From a virus (taxonomy: Duplodnaviria > Caudoviricetes), in IMG/VR virus record IMGVR_UViG_3300011115_000472, positions 1 through 58,375 of that record: 58,375 nucleotides of DNA; one strand, 5' to 3'. Positions 48,987 to 58,248 of this stretch are shown in pieces; positions within the stretch are counted from its first letter, which is position 1; the number at the start of each line of letters is the position of its first letter. A program made the position numbers and the translations under genes. A model generated the notes under the pieces. It searched no databases. It had not been told where the DNA came from and saw nothing but the letters and a program-made list of their open reading frames with translations.

Positions 48987-49792
48987 TTTTGTGATTTATA
49001 AAATTTGTCAAGTTGTGTTTGTTGCTTTTTGCAAAGTTTGATGCATTCGCTCTTCTCGCGCATGATGGATGCCAAGCGCACTTCTTGTTGAGCCAACAGA
49101 AAGTTCAATCGCTTGATCTCTGCGTGGGCTACTTTGAGCGGCTCATCAGCCTCTAACAGTTTGTTAAGGGCTTCAAGGTCAGCCTGCATGGCCAAGTCGT
49201 TGGCTTTCAGTTCTTCATCGCTTGGCGCGTTGCCTTCCAAAATAGATGGCTTTGGCTCTTTCGGTGCTGTTATCGCGCCTTTTTGCTTGTCTTTGTCTAG
49301 CTTGGAAATTTCGGCACCACGCTTGACGCTGATCTTGCCAGCCTCTACCGCCTTGACCACATCTTCATTGCCCTTTTTCAAAACAACCTTGGCTTGCTCG
49401 ATGGTGGCGGTGCTAGTCCCAGCCATTTTTGCCAACTCTTTGCCAGTTCTTTGTTCCATACCCAGTAGGGAACTAGCGACTGTTCCCACGGGATACCATT
49501 CATAAACCTTGGTATATGCCATTGCCAACTGGCCTTTGTTGAGGTGCCTGCGGCTTTTATTTTGCGACAAAACAAAATCTCTTGGATTAACGTCTTCAGC
49601 CAAATCCACCTCTGGGCACGGCATACCCATGTCGGTGGCCACCGTGTATCGATGCCACCCATCGATTACTTTATCCTCAAAAATAACTATGGCGTTTTGC
49701 ACACCAATGTCCTCGATGCTGTCTCTCAAGTTTTGCAGTTCCTCCTCCGACATGGGGGGGAATGCTTTGCTCAGCGGATGTTGTTCTCTCAT
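48983..49792 (-). CDS. ParB/Srx-like N-terminal domain protein with HTH
   Basis: HPLS..FPPM..LRDSI..IDGWHRY; start reassigned to MREQHP. Confidence 0.8.
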   Translation of the reverse strand: MREQHPLSKAFPPMSEEELQNLRDSIEDIGVQNAIVIFEDKVIDGWHRYTVATDMGMPCPEVDLAEDVNPRDFVLSQNKSRRHLNKGQLAMAYTKVYEWYPVGTVASSLLGMEQRTGKELAKMAGTSTATIEQAKVVLKKGNEDVVKAVEAGKISVKRGAEISKLDKDKQKGAITAPKEPKPSILEGNAPSDEELKANDLAMQADLEALNKLLEADEPLKVAHAEIKRLNFLLAQQEVRLASIMREKSECIKLCKKQQTQLDKFYKSQK

Positions 49793-49805
49793 TTTTTTCT
49801 CCAGT

Positions 49806-49909
49806 AAAAAAGCCCTAGGCGAGACTCTCATCCTTGTGGGATGTTGGCGGACTGGTGGGTACCAGCAGAGTCTCGTCTAGGGCTTACCCAAAACACGCCG
49901 CCAAGCGTT
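49806..49909 (-). ncRNA. Structured cis-RNA element A (5' hairpin + long terminator stem, kissing complementarity)
   Basis: ACGC-UUGGCG-GCGU; GCCCUAGACGAGACUCU/AGAGUCUCGCCUAGGGC + U6; internal CCGCCAA. Confidence 0.75.
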
Positions 49910-49920
49910 AAAAAACTATA

Positions 49921-50121
49921 TCACAAAAACAAATCTGGGCGCAGTTCTTTTTTTGTGACCAGTTGTTGAGTTGCCTCTTCAATCTTCACACACAGCAAAG
50001 GGGAGGCACGCTTACGCCCACTCATCAGAAGCGATAACCATGTTGGGGTGATGCCAAGGTGCTCAGCCATCTCAAGTTTTGCCCCCCGTGGCTCTGTAGA
50101 AAAATATTCTGTCAATGTCAT
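49921..50121 (-). CDS. Cro/YdaS-like HTH regulator
   Basis: MAEHLGITPTWLS..IEEAT..ELRPDLF; first gene of the leftward transcript; RBS AAGGA. Confidence 0.85.
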   Translation of the reverse strand: MTLTEYFSTEPRGAKLEMAEHLGITPTWLSLLMSGRKRASPLLCVKIEEATQQLVTKKELRPDLFL

Positions 50122-50137
50122 TTTGTTATCCTTATGA

Positions 50138-50381
50138 GTTGTTGGCGTCTCCCATACGGCAGGGTCGGTCGCAACTGAATATAAAGCTCCCACGGGGCCA
50201 ATCCGTTTACGCCAACACGGCTGGGGACTAAAAAAAGGGTCATAGCGGCACAGCGGCCTACCTTAGTTCAATCCCCATGCGTGTAGGTTGTTGGCAGTGC
50301 ACTCACATAAAGCAGTGGTGTTCGTCTTCCTTGTGCACAGGAATGATACGGCGCTAACCCGCATTACACACTACCAACACG
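50138..50381 (-). ncRNA. Three-domain structured leader/ncRNA candidate
   Basis: Two CGUGUUGG...CCAACAAC-closed domains flanking an ACACG-CAUGGGGAUU...AGUCCCCAGC-CGUGU domain. Confidence 0.6.
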
Positions 50382-50384
50382 AAC

Positions 50385-50413
50385 ATTCTATAGCAACTCT
50401 TTGTTAGATTCAA
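50385..50413 (-). promoter_or_regulatory. Leftward sigma70-type promoter TTGAAT-17-TAGAAT
   Basis: Exact 17-nt spacing; start would fall at the first leader stem. Confidence 0.7.
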
Positions 50414-50414
50414 C

Positions 50415-50445
50415 TTGACACGGTCTTTTAATTATGTGTTATAGT
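50415..50445 (+). promoter_or_regulatory. Rightward promoter: TTGACA and TAAT-N4-TGTTATAGT
   Basis: Back-to-back with the leftward promoter; extended -10 (spacer to TTGACA is 19 nt). Confidence 0.7.
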
Positions 50446-50479
50446 TGCTGTGCGGTATGTACCGTTTAAGGAGTTTTAC

Positions 50480-51127
50480 ATGAGTTTTATTGTTGAAGAC
50501 AAGGGTAATTTTGAAGCAACCCCCTCGGGGATGCACCTTGCAAGATGCTACCGAATCATTGATCTCGGAACGCAAAAATCGGAGTACATGGGTCAAATCA
50601 AGTACCTCCACAAAATCATGTTGGGCTGGGAAATCCACGGCACCAATGATGATGGTGCTCTACTCAAAATGCGTGATGGTCGCCCATTTGCCATATTCAA
50701 GAATTACACGCTGTCGTGGTCTGAGAAGGCTACTTTGCGTGGCGACTTGCAATCTTGGCGTGGTAAGCCTTTCACTCAAGAAGAGATGCGTCGCTTTGAC
50801 CTCAAGACCGTGCTCAATGCATGGTGCATGCTGAACGTCATCGAGCGCGCCGGCCAAGACGGCAAGATGTATGTCAACGTCTCTGGCGTAACCCCAGTTC
50901 CATCCATGATCAAAAAAGGCGGACTGCCTGAAGCGATCAACAAGAATGAACTGTTTAACCTGTCAGATCCAGACATGGTGATGTTTGACACGTTTAGCGA
51001 AAACCTCAAGAAGAAGATTCAGTCTTCACCTGAGTGGGAAAAACTGTCTGGCAAAACCAAAACAGTTGACGACATTGTTAAGGCTACAACCGCTGGCCTT
51101 GACGAAGACGACGATATTCCTTTCTAG
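50480..51127 (+). CDS. Phage ssDNA-binding/recombination protein
   Basis: GMHLARCYRIIDLGTQ; acidic tail ending DDDIPF; RBS AAGGAG. Confidence 0.75.
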   Translation: MSFIVEDKGNFEATPSGMHLARCYRIIDLGTQKSEYMGQIKYLHKIMLGWEIHGTNDDGALLKMRDGRPFAIFKNYTLSWSEKATLRGDLQSWRGKPFTQEEMRRFDLKTVLNAWCMLNVIERAGQDGKMYVNVSGVTPVPSMIKKGGLPEAINKNELFNLSDPDMVMFDTFSENLKKKIQSSPEWEKLSGKTKTVDDIVKATTAGLDEDDDIPF

Positions 51128-51135
51128 GAGTTCAC

Positions 51136-51384
51136 ATGAAATGCATAGCACTCTTGGCGGTGGTGCTTGCTGGTTGCTCATCCTCTGGCAATCAGTACCC
51201 CACCCAACAACTAATTATTGATCGACACGTCTCAGCAATGAGTCGTCAAGAGGTCATTAATGCCATCCACGACTGTCAAGACAACGGGTTGCGCGCAGTC
51301 ATGGTAACGGCAAAGAAAAACACCAACGGCCATATTACCGACGTAATCTCTGAGGTGACATGTGCACCTCGTTACAAATTCTAA
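51136..51384 (+). CDS. Lipoprotein
   Basis: Signal peptide with lipobox LAGC. Confidence 0.75.
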   Translation: MKCIALLAVVLAGCSSSGNQYPTQQLIIDRHVSAMSRQEVINAIHDCQDNGLRAVMVTAKKNTNGHITDVISEVTCAPRYKF

Positions 51385-51393
51385 GGAACAAAA

Positions 51394-51585
51394 ATGTTTA
51401 TCACTCAAGCAGAAAAAACCCAAATCAAAGCACGCCTAACACTTCTTGAAAACGCTTTTGACAACTTCATGGCGCAACAAGCAAACAAAGCACAGGGCAA
51501 GTGGACTGTTGAACAACGCACACGACAGTCAGATCGCATGAAAAAACTTTGGGAACTGAAGAAAACTCAGAAAGAAAACGTATGA
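51394..51585 (+). CDS. Hypothetical protein
   Basis: 63 aa; WTVEQRTRQSDRMKKLW tail. Confidence 0.7.
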   Translation: MFITQAEKTQIKARLTLLENAFDNFMAQQANKAQGKWTVEQRTRQSDRMKKLWELKKTQKENV

Positions 51586-52364
51586 CAACCATCATTGCCA
51601 GATCTGCCGAATCAGTTCACTGGTACGGGCAAGATGGCTCACCTCAGTACACCGTCAAAGCAAAAGACGGTTCAGACCGTCCTACGACGCTTAGGGACGC
51701 CCGAAAGTTTAACTTGGTACCTTCGGTCACCACCATCTTAAAAGTCTCGGCAAAACCCGCTTTAGACGTTTGGAAGAACGAGCAATTGCTATTGGCGGCG
51801 CTTACTCTTCCAAAGGTGGCCGGGGAGACGGAGAAAGAGTTCATTGCACGCGTTGTGGCGGACTCCAAGGAAACGGGCAAACGTGCCGCAGAAGCTGGTA
51901 CCCGTATCCATGAGGAGATTGAGAGTCATTTCGCAGGCAATAAGTCCCAACGCGGGATCAAGGTGGAGGAGTCGTTGTTTGAGCATTTCAAACTGCACCC
52001 CTTCCAGCCTTGGTTGGTTGAGCGCTCGTTCTCCAGCCGCCTAGGGTTTGGTGGCAAGGTGGACTTGTATTGCAAGCCTGACCTTGCCGCGCCCTATGGC
52101 GTGGTGGCCGACGTCAAGACCAAAGACTTTGGCCCCAACGACAACGTAGAAGCTTATGACGAGCACTTGATGCAACTCTCGGCCTACCGTTATGGCTTGG
52201 AAATTCCCTACGCTCGCTGTGCAAACGTGTTTGTATCACGCACACACGAAGGGTTGGTCAAGATTGTTGAGTGGTCTGAGGAAGACTTAAAACGCGGCTG
52301 GGAGATGTTTCAGCATCTTCTTGGCTATTGGATTTTGAAAAACAAATTTGGAGAAGTAAAGTGA
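51582..52364 (+). CDS. PD-(D/E)XK exonuclease (Cas4/RecB-like)
   Basis: PSVTTIL, GTRIH, GGKVDL, DVKT, QLSAY. Confidence 0.88.
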   Translation: MTTIIARSAESVHWYGQDGSPQYTVKAKDGSDRPTTLRDARKFNLVPSVTTILKVSAKPALDVWKNEQLLLAALTLPKVAGETEKEFIARVVADSKETGKRAAEAGTRIHEEIESHFAGNKSQRGIKVEESLFEHFKLHPFQPWLVERSFSSRLGFGGKVDLYCKPDLAAPYGVVADVKTKDFGPNDNVEAYDEHLMQLSAYRYGLEIPYARCANVFVSRTHEGLVKIVEWSEEDLKRGWEMFQHLLGYWILKNKFGEVK

Positions 52365-52561
52365 CACCAGATCGTATTCACGAAATCTTCCGTAGCGTCA
52401 ACTTGGAAGAGAACCACAACTTTTTAGAAGATGATTTGATCAAGTTGGCCATGGCTTATGCAGAGGAAGGCGCTAAGCAAGAGCGCGCAAGCTGTATTGC
52501 GGTGGCCAAGGCGTACAACCACATGGTGGCTGAGCGCATCAGCAAGGTGCGAGATAAATAA
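52361..52561 (+). CDS. Hypothetical protein
   Basis: GTG start overlapping the exonuclease stop. Confidence 0.65.
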   Translation: MTPDRIHEIFRSVNLEENHNFLEDDLIKLAMAYAEEGAKQERASCIAVAKAYNHMVAERISKVRDK

Positions 52562-52590
52562 AAAAACCCCCACCACACGGTGGGGGAAAA
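52560..52590 (-). terminator. Terminator between convergent operons
   Basis: CCCCCACC-4nt-GGTGGGGG with a T-run on the minus strand. Confidence 0.75.
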
Positions 52591-52629
52591 GGGCAACTGC
52601 TTGCCTTCACAGGGGAGACTTCCCAGTGA

Positions 52630-54369
52630 TCATCTATATCCTAATTGTCTACGTTCTTCTGCGTTAGCGTCTGACAGTTTTTGCCTCATAGACCTATTGT
52701 CGGCAGGCTGATCTGGTTGTGATTTGCCAGATTTCCTAGAAATATAATCTTTAATCTCATTGACGAATGGGGCGCCTACAGCGGTGGCAATACCCACTGG
52801 GATACCTACTTGAGGGCCAAAGACAAACGGAGCCGCATAAGGCGCTACAGCGCCTAATAGTGATGTTCCTGCGCCGACATAATCTTTTTCTTGTAGTCTT
52901 CGATCGGCATCAATGAGTGCTGACGCTGTTCCAGCAACAGGCGCGGCTTTAGGGATCAGTGATGCACCACTTGCTACGGCACCAAGAGTTGACTTGGCGG
53001 CACCCACGTAATCTTTGGCTTCGGCTTTGTTATACGCATCTTGTGCGTTGTACCCAGCGCCATAAGCCGCTAACCCGCCCATTACCGGGGGCGATCCAGC
53101 AACAGCGCCCACAACGCGAGACGCTACATTGGGTTTCTTGGTTTGCAGTGGTGCGGCTACTGGTGTAGTTGGAGGGGGCGTGGCGTCTACGGGTTGAGTT
53201 TTTGGCAATGGCGTCATGCCGCCTTGGTTAACCACTTTGCCGTTTTCAATTTCAATTGGTTTATAAGAGAACGACTCTCGTGGGCCACCACCAGCGCTAC
53301 CGCTTGACGTCATAAGGCCACCAAAATTTGGGTTTTCAATATAACCGGGTGCTATTTGATTTACTTTTTGCAGATTTGCTGTTCGCTGGTTTGCAAGGTC
53401 GTGCGCGCCGCCTTTGTTCTTAGTCATATCAAGAGCCTGACCAGCCTCAATATCAGTCAGCCCAACCGACTTTGCATAGTTGTATGGCATGTTGCCAGTC
53501 TGGCCGGGGGCCATTCGACCAGCGTCGCTAGTACCAACTGGTATTGGCTGTTTGGCGGCTGTGGTGGGTGCATTAGTAGCGGCAGTATTTTGTTTAGTCA
53601 CTATTTCAGCAATTTTTGACATGTCCTCCGAAGTAAGATTTTTTTTATTTCTAAAAAAATCAACAACTGGTTTGGCCATTGCAAACGCAGGGTATTTGAT
53701 CGCTCCAACACCCAATCCAATTGCGCCTGTTATTGCGCCAGCTTCGGCTGGAGATCCTCTTACTGGCTTTTCTTCGCCAGAAGAATTAGACGCAGAAGTC
53801 TTATACGGGTTAGGAGCAACATCAGAAGATTCTGAAGCGTCAGCACTCGATACGGTTTCTGGAACATCGGCTTGAACAAATGTTGCACTTGGCAAGTCGC
53901 CGCCATAATGCCCGACAATCTTGTTCATGTGAACAATTGTTTCATCTTTTAAATCAGAAAGATTTCCAGACGCGTAAAATTTATTACGCGTTTCAGTGCT
54001 TGCGTTGTAACCAGCTAAAACCTTGTATGGATCGTCGCCAATCTTTGGATTATCAATTAACTCTCTCAGCAAAGATATGCCGCCACGAATGTTTTGCTCC
54101 ATGTCGGTACGGTCAACTTTCAGTCCTTTGGCGGTGTCCTCCATTAATTGCATAACGCCAAAAGCGCCCTTGCGGGAAACGGCAGTAGGATCAAATTTGC
54201 TTTCCTGATAGACCATTGGCCAAACAAAATCTGGGTTGACCTTTTGACGTCGTGCCTCTTTATCAACAGCAAAAGCAATGGCCAACTGATCGTCATTCAG
54301 TTTATATTTATTAAGAAACTTGAGTTGGTTATCGCTTAAACGAGCGTAATCTTGTGGGTCTACAGCCAT
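52630..54369 (-). CDS. Internal virion protein with an N-terminal lytic transglycosylase (SLT) domain
   Basis: QES..AVSRKGAFGVMQLM..NIRGG..LAGYNA; hydrophobic Gly/Ala C-terminus. Confidence 0.88.
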   Translation of the reverse strand: MAVDPQDYARLSDNQLKFLNKYKLNDDQLAIAFAVDKEARRQKVNPDFVWPMVYQESKFDPTAVSRKGAFGVMQLMEDTAKGLKVDRTDMEQNIRGGISLLRELIDNPKIGDDPYKVLAGYNASTETRNKFYASGNLSDLKDETIVHMNKIVGHYGGDLPSATFVQADVPETVSSADASESSDVAPNPYKTSASNSSGEEKPVRGSPAEAGAITGAIGLGVGAIKYPAFAMAKPVVDFFRNKKNLTSEDMSKIAEIVTKQNTAATNAPTTAAKQPIPVGTSDAGRMAPGQTGNMPYNYAKSVGLTDIEAGQALDMTKNKGGAHDLANQRTANLQKVNQIAPGYIENPNFGGLMTSSGSAGGGPRESFSYKPIEIENGKVVNQGGMTPLPKTQPVDATPPPTTPVAAPLQTKKPNVASRVVGAVAGSPPVMGGLAAYGAGYNAQDAYNKAEAKDYVGAAKSTLGAVASGASLIPKAAPVAGTASALIDADRRLQEKDYVGAGTSLLGAVAPYAAPFVFGPQVGIPVGIATAVGAPFVNEIKDYISRKSGKSQPDQPADNRSMRQKLSDANAEERRQLGYR

Positions 54370-54379
54370 TACCTACCCC

Positions 54380-55972
54380 TTAATTTGTTGGAAGACCGCG
54401 TTTTGCCATTTCTGCCTTAAGCGCTTCATTATTTGTTATTCTGGAAGTGTTTGCAGGCGGATTATTAGAAGATGTTGCTGGAGCTTTTGGTTTGCTGGTA
54501 GTAGTTTCATTCCTGTGCCTGTAGGTGTTTTCCAATCCGTTTCTTATAAAGTCTGGCACTCCGCCGCCAAGAGCAGAATTTTCCAAAACACCCCTTGATC
54601 GCTTTTCCAGATGCGTGCGAAGTCTTCTGTATTCTTGCGAATCTTCCCAGTCATGAATATCTGCATCAGGACGTCGCAAAAATTGTTGCAACACATTTTT
54701 GGCTTCATAGCGTCCAAGTGCAGTAGATCCAATACCAGCTATACCGCGCAAGAAAGCATCTTGCGTGTTTTTCATATCTGGAACTGATGCCGCTTCAAAC
54801 ATAGTGCGCGCATCTGTTGGGTTAATGATGCCCTGTTGCATTTTGGTTTGCAAGTCACCCAATTGAGTTTTCATTATCTGAAGATTTGTTAAGGCGGCTT
54901 GCGTGTCTTTTTCACTCATTCTTGCTTTTAGAATTTGATCACGCATACCAGCCAAAACACCAGAAACAGTTTGGTTTTCCAATGCTTTACCAATTATGCC
55001 CATTGCATCTCCGCCCTCAAAAATAGCAAAGGCTGGAGCCATGTATTTTGGTTGTGCCAAGCGAAACAAGTTTGCAGTAGTTTCAAATATTGGAATAGAT
55101 GTCTCTGCTTGCGTGCGGTATCTGTCTTGCAAAACTTTGGTAGCCGCAACTCGATCATCAATTTGTCCTGTGGTTGCGGCTAAGGTTTGGCCATGCGTTG
55201 CATTTGCCATTAAATTTTCTGGCACACCTAATGGCCTTACTGAAGAACCTGCGTTTGGATTGGTCGGTGCAGGTAACACATCGCTTGCGGATGGCGCTGG
55301 CTGACCAGCAACAGGTGTACCGCTTGGTGCAGGTGGCGGTTTTGCTCCACCAACGGTTGATTGACCGGGAACCAATTTTAGCAAAGTTGGCCACATTTGA
55401 TTTACAAATGATGCACCAAAATCTTTTACCAATTTTGTGTAATCAGATCCCGCTTGGTAAGCCGCCAACATTGAATCAAAAGTAGAGCGTTGATTTTCAA
55501 ACTTTTGTTGCGCTATTGCTCCTATTTCTTTGTCGTACTGGGCAATATCAGCCACGTCTTCAGAGGTCATTCCACCGGGTTTTTTAATACGCTCGTTTAA
55601 CATCTCGTTGCCTTTTTTGCGCTGTTGCAATCCAACCCCCATAACAGCGGCTTGTGCTCGTATTTGCGCAACTGTAGGAGCCACTGCGCGTTGCTGTTCA
55701 GTGTTCTCTCCCATAGCCTCCGCGGCAGATCCAAGAGACGCACCAAAACCACCCAATTGGGGCTTTAAAAAACCAGCAGATACTTTGAACCAATTTGGAT
55801 CTTTGTATCTCATTTCTAAAGATTTTGCTAAATCTTCTTGCCCTTTCTGTGCTTTTTCAAATTCAGACCCAATTGCATCGTCTGTGTTAACTCCAGCAAG
55901 ATTCACTTTGGAAAGGTCAATTGGTTTGACGCCGGGAATCATTGCAAGAGACAGTGGTGATCGTGTTTCCAT
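54380..55972 (-). CDS. Putative DNA ejection/internal virion protein
   Basis: 530 aa, helical; position in the ejection cluster. Confidence 0.6.
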   Translation of the reverse strand: METRSPLSLAMIPGVKPIDLSKVNLAGVNTDDAIGSEFEKAQKGQEDLAKSLEMRYKDPNWFKVSAGFLKPQLGGFGASLGSAAEAMGENTEQQRAVAPTVAQIRAQAAVMGVGLQQRKKGNEMLNERIKKPGGMTSEDVADIAQYDKEIGAIAQQKFENQRSTFDSMLAAYQAGSDYTKLVKDFGASFVNQMWPTLLKLVPGQSTVGGAKPPPAPSGTPVAGQPAPSASDVLPAPTNPNAGSSVRPLGVPENLMANATHGQTLAATTGQIDDRVAATKVLQDRYRTQAETSIPIFETTANLFRLAQPKYMAPAFAIFEGGDAMGIIGKALENQTVSGVLAGMRDQILKARMSEKDTQAALTNLQIMKTQLGDLQTKMQQGIINPTDARTMFEAASVPDMKNTQDAFLRGIAGIGSTALGRYEAKNVLQQFLRRPDADIHDWEDSQEYRRLRTHLEKRSRGVLENSALGGGVPDFIRNGLENTYRHRNETTTSKPKAPATSSNNPPANTSRITNNEALKAEMAKRGLPTN

Positions 55973-55985
55973 GATTTTTTCCTTT

Positions 55986-57230
55986 TTAACCTACTGAATC
56001 AATATCTGGATCAAATGCAATATTGTCTAAATTACCGCCGCCGCCGTCGGTGACCACGGTATCGTTGCCACCGCCACCAACCACAGTATCTTCATTTCCA
56101 CCGTTGTCAACCACAGTATTTCCACCGCCATACGGTTTCCCGTCAACATATACTGGATTTCCATCTGAATCAGAATATCCAGTTGGGCTGGCTGGATCAT
56201 TTAAAACTGACAATCCTTCTGGTGTCAATGCACCAGTTACTGGAGTAGTTTGCTGGTCTGTTCCCCTAAACGTCTTGTATGCCTTTGATAACCCACTAGT
56301 TAAACTGTCATAAGGCGTAGAGCCAGAAATAACTTTGCCAGCAGAGTCGTACTGAGGAGTAAAGAACCCAGCGGTACCAGTTGCAATACCAGCAATTGCA
56401 GACAATGGCGACATCTGTGCCGTAGTCTTTGTAGTCGTTGGCACGTTGTAGCCACGAAGCAATTCAGACTGCGTCTTGAGGTTCTGTAGCGGAAACAGTT
56501 CTTTGTTCTGCTCAATGGTCTGCTTTTGCGCGCCTAACGTAGACAACGCATTGATGTCAGCCAAACTCATGTTTTGCTGTTGGCCAGCCAATGTGCCTTG
56601 TGCCTGCCCCGCAGTAGTTAAATTCTGCTGTCCTTGTGACGCCGCGTTTGCCGCCGTGCTACCCATTTGGGCCTGCAATGCATTTTGCTGTCCTGCGGCT
56701 GTCAGCGCTTGACCGTACCCGGTACTAAGGGCTTGGCCTTGAGCGTTGAGAATGTCACGGTCAGCGTTAGAGATTGTTTGCCCAAGCACCTGAGCACCAC
56801 GCAAAGAACCAAATTGTCCAGCCCCTACAGCCCCAGCAGTGGCTTGAGGCGCAAGGTTGTTCATGATGTTGCGTTGTCCCGCCTCACCAAGCGAGTTCAC
56901 CACGTTTGTGATGTACGGATTCATGTACTGCGACGCCAGCTTAGAGGGGTCTGTGCCTGCCGCTGTCAAATAAGGCGTTGCAGAACTTAATGGTGATGCG
57001 GCATTTGTCGCGGAAGTTAGAGTGTTCCCGGCATCAGTAAGAGTCGGCTGATAGCTTGCTGGTACCTTGGTAACGTCAGTGAATGCCTGTGTTTGCAGGG
57101 GATCAGCACCAACATACTTAGCCCCAGTGGCCGCATTTGCTCCGCTCGTAGCCAGACCACTCAAATACGTGTTGTAGTAGTCTGGCGCTGTCGTCGCCTG
57201 CGATTGTGAACTTTCTAATAGATTAGCCAT
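55986..57230 (-). CDS. Putative DNA ejection/pilot protein
   Basis: Gln/Ala/Gly-rich; YMNPY..AGQFGSLR; SPLSAIAGIA. Confidence 0.65.
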   Translation of the reverse strand: MANLLESSQSQATTAPDYYNTYLSGLATSGANAATGAKYVGADPLQTQAFTDVTKVPASYQPTLTDAGNTLTSATNAASPLSSATPYLTAAGTDPSKLASQYMNPYITNVVNSLGEAGQRNIMNNLAPQATAGAVGAGQFGSLRGAQVLGQTISNADRDILNAQGQALSTGYGQALTAAGQQNALQAQMGSTAANAASQGQQNLTTAGQAQGTLAGQQQNMSLADINALSTLGAQKQTIEQNKELFPLQNLKTQSELLRGYNVPTTTKTTAQMSPLSAIAGIATGTAGFFTPQYDSAGKVISGSTPYDSLTSGLSKAYKTFRGTDQQTTPVTGALTPEGLSVLNDPASPTGYSDSDGNPVYVDGKPYGGGNTVVDNGGNEDTVVGGGGNDTVVTDGGGGNLDNIAFDPDIDSVG

Positions 57231-57232
57231 TT

Positions 57233-58248
57233 TTAACCTTTCACCATCTTGAGATAGTCAAGCGGGGATTTCGCCTTTGGGGGTATTTTAGATGTAGGAG
57301 CCGATCTTTTGTGGGCTCTTATCTCTTCGCGCATTGCATCGAGCAATTTAGATCCTGCTTTGTTGTCACCCCGCCCTAAAGCAGTCACAAAACTGGCAGG
57401 GAATACGTACTCGCCATCCGCGATCTTGGCAGGCACAACCGTACCGCCTTGAGCCGCATGCTGGTGAGGGATCTGACGACGGAACTTCTCTAACGCTTCC
57501 GCCCCAGCCTTGCTAGAACCGTCTCCAAGCGCCGCAACTAGGTCGGCGTCAGCTACATAGTCACCGTCGTGGAGCATGGCTGGAATGTCGTCTGATTGGC
57601 CTGTGCCCTTACCTTGGGCGTAGTAACCAGTCAATCCTGTTATGAATTCTGGATTGTGGCCATCAGGGGCCGCTTCTGCGTACTTAGATGGCAGTCCGCC
57701 TTTGGCCATCGAATTCAATGGAGACGATGACCCGCCAAGCCCAGTTTTGAGGAACTTGAGTTTGCCCAAACGACTTTCTGTATTCTGACTAGCGGGTGCG
57801 GCGGCTAACATTTGATGCGGCGAGTTTTTGACCGTGGCGCTGAGCTTGCCAATTTCTTCGGTGCCAGTTGTGCTTACAGAACTGCCTGATGCAAAAAATT
57901 GTGATTTGTACATGTCTTTATCTTCATCCTCATTTTTGGGTGGCTCTGGTTCTTCTTGGCGCTTAGGACGCGTAATTCCACGCGAAGCCAGTACAGAAGT
58001 CATTTCAGGTGTCAACGTGTCGTATAACTGATGCAGTTTTTGCAACTCTGACTTATTGTTATACACAGTAGCGCCAGCAAGCATCTGTGGGCTTGAGTCT
58101 AACGGCAATACACCAAACGGGTTGGTATTGCTTGCAGACGCAGTTGCCGGGCTCGTAGGCGATTTTGTTACTGGTCTTGTTACCGGGGTTTTTGGCTTAG
58201 GCGGTTTAGGCAATATAGGAATTTTGGGGATCTTGATTCCACCATCAT
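57233..58248 (-). CDS. C-terminal part of the giant protein, with a tandem GxGxxDxIPAxLxxG(D/E)YV-type domain pair
   Basis: Same reading frame across the junction; GKGTGQSDDIPAMLHDGDYV and VPAKIADGEYV repeats. Confidence 0.88.

Noticed and set aside
50138-50381. tRNA genes or a named ribozyme
   Set aside because: No T-loop GTTCRA or cloverleaf, and no confident match to ribozyme cores by eye; kept only as an unnamed structured RNA
51582-52364. Cas4 as part of a CRISPR system
   Set aside because: No array or other cas genes; an ordinary phage exonuclease next to an SSB-like gene
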